Part shown: one piece after another, positions 55,885 to 64,000 of the stretch
Numbering within the stretch: position 1 is the first letter of the stretch
How the letters are laid out: every line of letters begins with the position of its first letter
Source of the DNA: an uncultured Cytophagales bacterium
GTDB lineage: Bacteria > Bacteroidota > Bacteroidia > Cytophagales > Thermonemataceae
Direction of reading: 5' to 3'
NCBI GenBank assembly: GCA_964654605.1
Contig: CAZZLW010000081.1
Coordinates: 2,939-66,938 of the forward strand
DNA: 64,000 nt
The notes under the pieces: model-generated
Databases searched by the model: none
What the model saw: only the letters and a program-made list of their open reading frames with translations
What the model was told of the DNA's origin: nothing
Made by a program: the position numbers and the translations under genes

Positions 55885-58698
55885 ATGAAAGTTTTTTACG
55901 CCCTTACGATTAGCTTATTTCTATTTTCTGCAAATATTTTAGCACAGTGTATTCCCAGTGGCACAAGTTCCTTTGGACTTCCAGCACTTATTTGTCCTGA
56001 TGAAAACGTAAATTTTTCCAATCCTCATAGCTCAGGCTTTACTTATGAATGGGATTTGTGTGGCAGAGATATGGAAGCCCCCCCACAAGTAACCTTCCTG
56101 ACAGGAATGATAGGCAACGAAGGATTGGGACAAACCCAACTTGTGAGCGAAAATGGAGAGTATTTTTTATTTGTAGTAGCTTACAACACTTCTCGTCTTT
56201 ATCGCATTGATTTAGGGAATAATCCTCAAAATCCACCACAAGCCATTCACAATTTAGGTAACTTATCAATTTTGAACAGACCTTGGACACTGGAAATTAT
56301 CAAAGACGAAACATCAGGGATTTGGTATGGAGTAACTTGCAACTATCTCTCTAATCAATTCATTCGTCTTAATTTTGGAACTTCTATAAAAAATACTCCC
56401 TCGGCGAGTTTTATGGGAAGTTTAGCCCCTTCATATACTTTTACAGCCGCAACTAAACTGATAAGAGATGGGAATAATTATTACTTTTTCATTTCTGGAT
56501 ATTTTGCAAATGCAATTGCAGTAGTTGATTTAGGAAATAGCTTAAACAATAATTTTTCAATGAGTAACATTATCAACACAATAAGTTTAACTATTTCAAA
56601 TCCTGAAACTATGGATGCTATCAATGATTGTGGCGTATGGAATTTACTCATTGTATCATCAGTAGGCAATAGACATATCATTTTTGATAATGGCTTAAAT
56701 AATAGTCCCTCTATTGTTAATGAACCCTATAGCACTGGATTTGGAACAGCAACAAGTGTAAAACTCTGTAAAGAAAATGCTAATTTTTATGCTGTTACCA
56801 CAGATGCATTAGGCAGAGTACAGGTCAGTTCTTATGGCAATAGCATTAGCAATAACGCTGTCTCAAATACTTTCTTGGGTACGATTTCATCATTAACAAA
56901 CTTTCAACAAATGTACGGTGTATGTGTTTTAAACTATCAAGACAATTTTATTTTCATAGGAGCTAACTATTTTGCTAACCAACTCTTTCGCATAGATTTT
57001 CAGCGTCAGTGTGGTGAAAATGTTTCTTTTTCTACGACTTACAATCCTTCTAATATACGTTATCGCAATGTAGGCTCGCACCCCGTTACCTTACAAGTAA
57101 AAGATAACACAGGGAATATTGTACATTTCTACGAAGGAAATGCTAATATCAATCCAACTACTACCGTAGCTAATTTTGTTGCTAATGATGTTTGTATCGG
57201 CTCACCAGTCGTATTCAATAATACTTCTATTGGTAGCGATAGCAATGTGCTTTCTTGGCAATGGAATTTTGGCGATAGCAATACTTCTTCACTCAAAAAT
57301 CCCACACATACGTATAGCAGTGCAGGCAATTATACCGTAACCCTGACCGTCAATAACTTAAATGGCTGTGTAAATAGTATTAGTAAGGTTGTAAGAGTAT
57401 CAGGCGGGGTAACAGCCGACTTTCAAGTCCCAGCAACAGCCTGCGTAGGACAAGCCATTAGTTTCAACAATTTTTCAACTTATACCAATGTTCCTTTTCA
57501 CGCCGCCACTGGCTTTTATTGGAACTTTGGCGATGGCACTTACTCCCCTTTTCAGAATCCTACCAAAACCTACAACACCGCAGGAACTTACAACATCACG
57601 CTCACCGTACAAGATTCAGCAGGTTGCACCAATAGCATTACTAAAAATATCCAAATTTTGGATAACCCCGCTGTTTCTTTTAGCTTCCCGCTCAATATCT
57701 GTGCAGGCGTACCTGTGCAGTTTATCAGTTCGGCAACGAATGCTACCGAATATTTGTGGTTTTTTGAAGGGCACGGCACAAGTACCCAAGCCAACCCCAC
57801 CATCACTTTCCAACAAGGTGGCTTTTATGATGTAACCCTACAAGTAAAAAATAACAACAACTGCATCAATACTTTCACTATTGAAAATATCCCTGTCTTT
57901 GATGCTCCCGCTATTATTTTCACAACCCAACGTTTTCTGGATAACCCCTTGCGGGTGCAGTTCAACAATTTTACTTCGGGGGCTACTAGCTACGAATGGA
58001 GTTTTGGCGATGGTAATACTTCTTCTTTGCCTCAACCCACTCACACCTTCTCGCAAGCAGGTGAATATCTGGTAAGGCTCAAGGCTATTAGTCCTAATAA
58101 TTGTGAAAGTTCGTTTAGTCAGATTGTAGGAGTTGGGACACTCAAACCCAATATAAGCCTCAATGAATTAGGTTTTGAAAACAACCAAATCAAACTTACT
58201 TTGGAAAACAAAGGAAATACCTTACTCAATAATTTACAAATTTTCGTTGAAATTGCCGATACTACTTTCAGCGAAACCTACGCTCCTATTATTGGAAGAG
58301 GTGAAATAGTAGATTATACCTTGCAAACTATTATTCCGAATGAGATTTTAGAGAAATCAAGGTATTTTTGTGTGAAGGTTTTGCCTAAGCCCTCTTTACA
58401 AGATACCGACCTTTCGGATAATCAAAAATGCTTCAATCTTTCCAATCGTTTGTTTGTGTATGAGCCTTATCCCAATCCTGCTCAAAATGAGGTAAAAATA
58501 GCTTTTACTGCTCCCAATAGCGGTGAATTACTTTTCAGAATTACAGATATGCTCGGAAAGTCTATTGTCAAAACGGGCATTGCCAGCCAAGGCTATAATG
58601 AAGAAGTTTTAGATGTAAGAAGTTTTGCCAAAGGGGTGTATGTAATTACTTTGGAATTTGGTGGAAGTATTATCCACAAAAAATTGGTTATCAATTAG
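55885..58698 (+). CDS. large secreted protein with four PKD domains and a T9SS type A (Por_Secre_tail) C-terminal sorting domain
   Basis: Signal peptide from ATG 55885, four WxFGDG..NP.H.Y...G.Y.V.L repeats, and a C-terminal YPNPAQNEVKI...GVYVITLEFGG...KLVIN. Confidence 0.85.
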   Translation: MKVFYALTISLFLFSANILAQCIPSGTSSFGLPALICPDENVNFSNPHSSGFTYEWDLCGRDMEAPPQVTFLTGMIGNEGLGQTQLVSENGEYFLFVVAYNTSRLYRIDLGNNPQNPPQAIHNLGNLSILNRPWTLEIIKDETSGIWYGVTCNYLSNQFIRLNFGTSIKNTPSASFMGSLAPSYTFTAATKLIRDGNNYYFFISGYFANAIAVVDLGNSLNNNFSMSNIINTISLTISNPETMDAINDCGVWNLLIVSSVGNRHIIFDNGLNNSPSIVNEPYSTGFGTATSVKLCKENANFYAVTTDALGRVQVSSYGNSISNNAVSNTFLGTISSLTNFQQMYGVCVLNYQDNFIFIGANYFANQLFRIDFQRQCGENVSFSTTYNPSNIRYRNVGSHPVTLQVKDNTGNIVHFYEGNANINPTTTVANFVANDVCIGSPVVFNNTSIGSDSNVLSWQWNFGDSNTSSLKNPTHTYSSAGNYTVTLTVNNLNGCVNSISKVVRVSGGVTADFQVPATACVGQAISFNNFSTYTNVPFHAATGFYWNFGDGTYSPFQNPTKTYNTAGTYNITLTVQDSAGCTNSITKNIQILDNPAVSFSFPLNICAGVPVQFISSATNATEYLWFFEGHGTSTQANPTITFQQGGFYDVTLQVKNNNNCINTFTIENIPVFDAPAIIFTTQRFLDNPLRVQFNNFTSGATSYEWSFGDGNTSSLPQPTHTFSQAGEYLVRLKAISPNNCESSFSQIVGVGTLKPNISLNELGFENNQIKLTLENKGNTLLNNLQIFVEIADTTFSETYAPIIGRGEIVDYTLQTIIPNEILEKSRYFCVKVLPKPSLQDTDLSDNQKCFNLSNRLFVYEPYPNPAQNEVKIAFTAPNSGELLFRITDMLGKSIVKTGIASQGYNEEVLDVRSFAKGVYVITLEFGGSIIHKKLVIN
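57166..58135 (+). repeat. four tandem PKD-domain coding repeats (~85 aa each)
   Basis: Repeat signatures WQWNFGDSNTS, FYWNFGDGTYS, YLWFFEGHGTS and YEWSFGDGNTS. Boundaries are approximate. Confidence 0.7.
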
Positions 58699-59272
58699 TT
58701 TTCTGACAAAATTTTTGATAGCTTTCTATTGCTTTGGCGTGTTTCAAATCTTTAGCTTTACGAAACTCCAAACACGCTCCCGAAGTATCCTTGAACTGCA
58801 AACGCAAAAGTCCTCGCTGAAAGTAGGCTTCTGCTTCTTTGGGATTTAGAGAAATAATTTTATTGAAATCATTGATAGCCCCCGACTCATCTCTCATACT
58901 GATTTTCACTTTACCTCTCAAATAATACCCTGCTATGTTTTGAGGCTCTTTGCGTAAAAAAATGTTAATCGTTTCCAATGCATCCAAATAGTTTTGCAAA
59001 CTATCCAAAATATAGGCTTTTTGAAGCAAAAGCTGATTTTTATTTGGGTTTTGCAAGATTTCTTGTTCTGTTTTCTGCAAGCGTTTTTCTAAAACCTGCA
59101 CATAGTTTGTTTTCGGACTTTCAGCGGTTTTTTGAGCATTGCAAGCACCAAGCAGTAGTAAATTACAGCACAAACAAAGCAATTTTACCGCAAATTTCTC
59201 CTGAAAAAGGAGAAACTTGCGGCAAAAGCAAAAGGGTAAATACGCAAAATAATTATTTAGGTTTGTTTCCAC
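58691..59272 (-). CDS. TPR-repeat protein (probable lipoprotein)
   Basis: LLLLGAC lipobox-like segment followed by 3-4 TPR-like repeats. The start is uncertain. Confidence 0.55.
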   Translation of the reverse strand: METNLNNYFAYLPFCFCRKFLLFQEKFAVKLLCLCCNLLLLGACNAQKTAESPKTNYVQVLEKRLQKTEQEILQNPNKNQLLLQKAYILDSLQNYLDALETINIFLRKEPQNIAGYYLRGKVKISMRDESGAINDFNKIISLNPKEAEAYFQRGLLRLQFKDTSGACLEFRKAKDLKHAKAIESYQKFCQKTN

Positions 59273-60989
59273 CTGTTTTGGGAGCAGGTTTAGTATTAGG
59301 AGCGGGCTTCTTGGTATTATTAGCAGGTTTCACATCAGGAATAGCCTTCAATTTGAGCAAATCCTCTGCTTTTTTCAAAATATCTCCGTCATTCTTTTCA
59401 TCAACAATTTTTTGGGCAAATTCTTTGGCTTTGGGCAAATCTTTTTTAGCGTAGTAATAGCCCATCAGATAGTTGTAGGCAGAGGCTCGGTCTTTGCGAT
59501 ATTTGGCAAGTTCTTTTTCTTTGTCTTGTGCCTTTTCAATGAGTTTATCTGTTTCGGCAAGGTAGGTTTCATAAGGCTCTTTTGCAAGTGCCTTGTCGTT
59601 GATGTCGTTGCTATTTTGCGATAAGCGGTTGTTGGCTCTATAAATCAAAAGTTTTGGATAATCAGGGTATTTTTGAAAACCTTGTGCAAAGATTTCATCA
59701 GCTTTTTCGTAGTTTTCCTTGCTAAGCATATACGAATAGCCCGCAAATACATAGTTTTCTATGCCAAACTGCTTTTTATTGAGTTTGTTTTTAGCAATTA
59801 CTTCCTCAAAAGTCTTACCTGCTTCGGTGTATCTTTTTTGGCTGTATAGCGAATCGGCTATACGGCGAATATAATAAATGCTTTCTTCATCATCGGGGTT
59901 CAAATCGTAGGCTTTGCGAAGGTTGGCAAAAGCTTCATCATTGTTTTTATTGAAGAAAGCAATATCTGCCAAACACTCATAGTCAGAAGAGAATAGTTTG
60001 ATACCCGATTGTAAAACTCTGCTCATATAGTTTTGAGCCTCAGCAGTTTTACCATTTTTTTGCAAAGCATACGCCATCCAGCGGTTAAATTCAGGATATT
60101 TTACTTTACCTTCCATAGCTTTTAGCTCTTGCAAGGATTTTTCGTATTTTTCAGTCTTATACAAAAATATGGCATATCTATAACGCACTTCATCACTTTT
60201 TTCGGAACGAGCCATATACTTATCGTAATAAGCTATGGCACTATCCAATTTGCGTGCTTTGGCATACAACTCCGCAATTTTGCGATAAATAGGGGTGTAA
60301 TCAGGTGCGGCTCGCATAATTTCTTTGTACTCCTTCAAAACATCTGTATAGTCGGGATTTTTGCCAAAAAGATTAAACTCCATACGTTTGGTGAGAGCCT
60401 TACCGCTTTTACCATTGCTTTTAGCTTTGGCAAAATCATAATTGGCGATAGCTTTGGGACCATTTTCTGATTTTTTGGTTAGCATATAAGCATCGCCCAA
60501 GAAAATATAAGCATCTTCTGTAACGTTTTTGTGTTTGATAGCCTCTTCTAAAATCTTGATAGCCTCAAAGGGGTCTTGGTAGGGGGTATCGTGGCTGATA
60601 TATACCTCGCCAGCACGCAAAAGCACATTGTAGTCTTTGGACTTGGTTTTCTTGATAACTTCATCAATCATAGCTTTTGCACCCACTTTATCGCCTTTCA
60701 TTAGCTTTACTTCTGCAAGCCCAATTTCGTTCAAGGGGAATTTTTTATCTGCCTGCAAACCTTTCTCAAATTGTGCTTGTGCTTGGTCAGTTTCGCCTGT
60801 TTTGGCATAAAAATAGCCCAAATAGTAGTAATGCTCGGCGGTGGGTTTGCTACTTACGAGTTGTTCAAAAACTTTCTTGGCAGAGCTAAATTGCTCCATA
60901 TCCATATATTGCAAGCCTTGCTGAATGGTTTGAGCCTGCAACACATAGCTGAAAATAAAAGCCAAAGCCAATAGACTAACTTTTTTCAT
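59253..60989 (-). CDS. TPR-repeat protein with a Lys/Pro-rich C-terminal tail
   Basis: Signal peptide, multiple TPR repeats, and the tail KPANNTKKPAPNTKPAPKTGGNKPK. Confidence 0.7.
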   Translation of the reverse strand: MKKVSLLALAFIFSYVLQAQTIQQGLQYMDMEQFSSAKKVFEQLVSSKPTAEHYYYLGYFYAKTGETDQAQAQFEKGLQADKKFPLNEIGLAEVKLMKGDKVGAKAMIDEVIKKTKSKDYNVLLRAGEVYISHDTPYQDPFEAIKILEEAIKHKNVTEDAYIFLGDAYMLTKKSENGPKAIANYDFAKAKSNGKSGKALTKRMEFNLFGKNPDYTDVLKEYKEIMRAAPDYTPIYRKIAELYAKARKLDSAIAYYDKYMARSEKSDEVRYRYAIFLYKTEKYEKSLQELKAMEGKVKYPEFNRWMAYALQKNGKTAEAQNYMSRVLQSGIKLFSSDYECLADIAFFNKNNDEAFANLRKAYDLNPDDEESIYYIRRIADSLYSQKRYTEAGKTFEEVIAKNKLNKKQFGIENYVFAGYSYMLSKENYEKADEIFAQGFQKYPDYPKLLIYRANNRLSQNSNDINDKALAKEPYETYLAETDKLIEKAQDKEKELAKYRKDRASAYNYLMGYYYAKKDLPKAKEFAQKIVDEKNDGDILKKAEDLLKLKAIPDVKPANNTKKPAPNTKPAPKTGGNKPK

Positions 60990-61016
60990 TTGTGTTTGAA
61001 TTTTATGGTTTGAAAA

Positions 61017-61979
61017 CTATTTAACTTCCAAATTTCGTGTAATAATTTCCACTTCACGCGTAGGAATTTTCTTGGGTAAAAGTCCTGCTTTCAGAAAAAT
61101 TCTTTGTCCTGTTTCTTGCCCCAAAAAGCTCATAAAGGCATACGAAAGTCCTATTCGGTTATTTTTTACGATGCTATACACTTCTCTTGAAAGTGGATAC
61201 AGATTTTGTGCCAAACTGGTTTGCGAAGCAAAATAAGCCTTTCCTGTGCTATCTTGCACGGGTAAAATTTTTACACCTGCCAAGAGTTTCTGATTGGCTT
61301 CGTTATCTTCGCTTATCCAGCTAAAACTCACAACTCCCAAAGCATTTTCTCGTTTGGCAACCTGCTCTACAATAGCCAAATTAGATTTTGTGCCAAAAAT
61401 TTTCAGCTTGCTAATGTCGGCAATTTCAAATTTATTTTTCAAAAAGTTATGATTGCTGGAATTGGCATTATCCAACACAATAACGATTTCACTATCAGGA
61501 TTTTGGGGGTTAATTTCTTTCCAATTCTTGATTTTTCCTGTAAAAATATCTTTGAGTTGCGAAAGGCTAATGCTTGTATCTTTGATAGCAGGGCTAACCA
61601 CCACCGAAATAGCATCTACATAGCTCACCCAAGCACGTGTAATGGTTTTTTGTCTTTCAATTTCTTTCTTTTCGTTGCTGTTCAAATCCCTGCTGATAAT
61701 GACGGCATCAACACTATCACGCAAAAGCAAAGCCACCGCTTTATCTTCGGGGGCTACTACAAGATTGATTTGTGCTTGCTCATATTCATTCATAAACATT
61801 TTCGCCTGTTGCTGAATGATATGGTAAAATGCCTCATCTACGGCAATATACACACTTCCGCTGGTTGGCGTATCATATTTTTTTTCAGCGTTTGGCTTTT
61901 CTTGGGTAGTAGAATGACAAGACCATAAAATAGCCGCAGAAACGAAAATTAGGGAAAGATTTTTCAAAAGTGTTTTCAT
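61017..61979 (-). CDS. PstS-family (PBP_like_2) phosphate-binding protein
   Basis: Lipoprotein-like signal and a type 2 periplasmic binding fold. No pstCAB genes are adjacent. Confidence 0.65.
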   Translation of the reverse strand: MKTLLKNLSLIFVSAAILWSCHSTTQEKPNAEKKYDTPTSGSVYIAVDEAFYHIIQQQAKMFMNEYEQAQINLVVAPEDKAVALLLRDSVDAVIISRDLNSNEKKEIERQKTITRAWVSYVDAISVVVSPAIKDTSISLSQLKDIFTGKIKNWKEINPQNPDSEIVIVLDNANSSNHNFLKNKFEIADISKLKIFGTKSNLAIVEQVAKRENALGVVSFSWISEDNEANQKLLAGVKILPVQDSTGKAYFASQTSLAQNLYPLSREVYSIVKNNRIGLSYAFMSFLGQETGQRIFLKAGLLPKKIPTREVEIITRNLEVK

Positions 61980-62032
61980 TAGTTAAAATTTTTGGCAAAA
62001 ATAAAATAAAATTCCTAAAAACTCACGTAATT

Positions 62033-63433
62033 TCAAGCATTATTTTGTCTTTGGGCAACTTTCAGCTTTTCCAAAATTGAACCCAAAACCATTCCCATAA
62101 TACTTGCCAAAAACCCTGCCAAATTCGCAGGTAAAAGTTCTATGGGGGAAATTAAGCAAAAAATCCATACGATAAGCCCTATAAATGTAGAAAGCATAGC
62201 CCCCAAACGAGAAGGATTTTTCAGATACAATGCCGCCCAAATGGGTACAACCAAAGTTACTAACCCCGATGAAGCCGCAAAGCTGGCAAGCTCAAAAATA
62301 CTTTCACCCAAATTTGCCAAAACAAGCGAAAGAAGCGTAATTATCACCACCGAAATACGCAAAAGCCACAAAAGCGTTTTGTCAGTCTTGTTTTTGATAA
62401 AAGGTAAAAGAATATTCTCGGCAAGCACCGTAGCAGGAGCTAAAATAGCTCCACTCGCCGTACTTAAAATTGCCGATAGCAATGCTCCTAAAAATAAAAT
62501 TTGCACGCCCAAGCCGCCAATTTGTAGCACGAGTACAGGCATTAGGGCTTCAGGATTTTCTTGCAAAAGGTTTGGATATAAAATGCGGGCATAAAGGGTA
62601 ATAACAAGTGGTATAGCCGTAATGAGCAGATACACCCCTGCTGAAAGAAATGAGGCTCTTACGGCAACTTTTTCAGATTTTGCAGAAAGAATACGTTGCA
62701 AGACATCTTGCGAAGGAATTGAACCAAGCCCCAAGGTAAGCCAAGCAGAAATATATGCCAGAATATCCGAAAAATTACGTTCAGGCAATACCTGAAAATA
62801 TTTTGGGGGCGTTTGGGCAAGCACTGCGTCCAAAGATATTTGCTCCGACAAATTCCACCAAATCGCTATCAGCCCTGCAACAATAATGAAAGATTGCAGA
62901 AAGTCTGTAACCGAAACTGCCCACATTCCGCCGATATAGGTATAAATAAGCACTACAAATGCCCCTACTATCATACCCGTAAAAATGGGCAATCCCATTA
63001 CACTTTCCAAAACTTCTCCAAGTGCTTTGAGTTGTGCCGCCACCCACCCAAAGTAAGTAATGACCATTATCAAACTGCTGATGAAAGCAATTTGTGTATT
63101 GTATCGTTTTTCAAACAAATCGCCAAAGGTTAGTAAGCCCAAACGATACAGCTTTCTTGTAAAGAAAAATCCTATGATAATCAGAGCCAAAACCGCTCCC
63201 AAAGGCTCTTCAATAATTCCCAAAAAACCATTTTCAGCATACTCCGAAGGGCTACCCATTATCACCTCCGAGCCGAACCAAGTAGCAAACAAACACGCTA
63301 CCGAAACACCCAAAGGTAAATTCCTACCTGCCAAAGCAAAATCTTGGGCATTTTTTACACGTCTGGAAGCCCAATAGCCCACCAGTAGCGTAAGCAACAA
63401 ATACAGCAGTATAAATATCTGTAAAGCACTCAA
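62033..63433 (-). CDS. sodium:solute symporter (SSS) family transporter
   Basis: 466 aa with ~12-13 TM helices and an SSS-type N-terminal region (YWASRRVKNAQDFALAGRNLP). TTG start. Confidence 0.82.
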   Translation of the reverse strand: MSALQIFILLYLLLTLLVGYWASRRVKNAQDFALAGRNLPLGVSVACLFATWFGSEVIMGSPSEYAENGFLGIIEEPLGAVLALIIIGFFFTRKLYRLGLLTFGDLFEKRYNTQIAFISSLIMVITYFGWVAAQLKALGEVLESVMGLPIFTGMIVGAFVVLIYTYIGGMWAVSVTDFLQSFIIVAGLIAIWWNLSEQISLDAVLAQTPPKYFQVLPERNFSDILAYISAWLTLGLGSIPSQDVLQRILSAKSEKVAVRASFLSAGVYLLITAIPLVITLYARILYPNLLQENPEALMPVLVLQIGGLGVQILFLGALLSAILSTASGAILAPATVLAENILLPFIKNKTDKTLLWLLRISVVIITLLSLVLANLGESIFELASFAASSGLVTLVVPIWAALYLKNPSRLGAMLSTFIGLIVWIFCLISPIELLPANLAGFLASIMGMVLGSILEKLKVAQRQNNA

Positions 63434-63531
63434 AATTTCTATGTTTTTGGCTGAAAACGGCGAAAGTAAAAAATGAAGGACAAATTTTCAATTTTTTCAG
63501 TATTTTTTCTGCAAATTTCAGCCCTGAAAAG

Positions 63532-63990
63532 TTACTTTTTTTGCGTTTTAGGAGTTTTACTCTTTGCTAAAAGCTTTTGTTTAGGTTTGTGATGAGCCAC
63601 AAAACAGCAAGAACTACTATGTTCCAAATAGCCATCGCCTTGCCATAGGGCGGCGTTATCGTGAGGGCGGGCTTGATATTTTTGCTGTTTCCATTGTTCT
63701 TTTTCTTGTTCTAATTCTTTTTGCAATTCTTCATTAGAAAGGGCATCAATGAGTTTATTCAAATCGGGTTGCCCTGCATCTACCCAAGCCGTATACCAAA
63801 AATCGGCAACCGCCTTGATAGAAGCCCGCATACGCCTTTCTACTTGCCCATTGAGCCTATCGTGATAGGCTCTGGAAAACTCACGCGAATAGGTACGTAT
63901 CGTGATTCTGTTGCGTTCTTCAAAGACGTATTTTTTATCTTCGGGAAACTCTTTGGTAAGTTCTTTTTCAAAGCGAAGCACCGAATCCAA
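63532..63990 (-). CDS. hypothetical protein, 5' end truncated by the window edge
   Basis: The ORF remains open to the end of the window, so only the C-terminal ~152 aa are visible. No family could be assigned with confidence. Confidence 0.45.
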   Translation of the reverse strand: MDSVLRFEKELTKEFPEDKKYVFEERNRITIRTYSREFSRAYHDRLNGQVERRMRASIKAVADFWYTAWVDAGQPDLNKLIDALSNEELQKELEQEKEQWKQQKYQARPHDNAALWQGDGYLEHSSSCCFVAHHKPKQKLLAKSKTPKTQKK

Positions 63991-64000
63991 GGCTTTGTGA

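Overview
64-kb chromosomal segment that looks like a low-GC Bacteroidota genome. The taxon call rests on type A and type B T9SS C-terminal sorting domains, TAnnTTTG -7 promoter boxes, many lipoprotein signals and weak or absent Shine-Dalgarno sites. About 60 protein genes and 2 tRNAs are supported. Most are housekeeping genes: hemL, aspS, uvrA, ispH, an ABC-F ATPase, trmH, plsC, cox3/cox4, nrdB, accC, accD, udk and hppD. Envelope and transport genes are interspersed: WecA/WcaJ-type sugar transferases, an MltD-like transglycosylase, two tandem TonB-dependent receptors (one frameshifted), T9SS cargo proteins, a PstS-like protein, an SSS transporter and a LysE exporter. The clearest accessory region is 26.7-35.2 kb. 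It holds a 724-aa orphan protein divergent from a plus-strand block with two paralogous HTH-like small genes plus the 3' remnant of a third, a DUF4258-like gene, a B12-domain radical SAM enzyme, a miniature TauD/TfdA dioxygenase, a GRDP-like (DUF1399) protein ending in an Asp6-CWHDC-ENR-CWHAC tail, an untracked 43-aa N/K-rich ORF, a DUF4870 membrane protein and three secreted or lipoproteins. I rate the radical SAM / dioxygenase / Cys-Trp-His-tailed protein trio as the best candidate for an uncharacterised modification system, but this is inference from motifs only. Other notable items: an H-NOX gene apparently co-transcribed with crtZ downstream of ispH; an MbnP/MbnH-like copper cluster with four extra genes; a decayed IS630 element; and three families of short intergenic repeats (GAAACAG heptamers, GATTTTCA decamers, and a 26-nt AACTGATWAGCAAATTTTT element). 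No CRISPR array, rRNA or prophage was seen.
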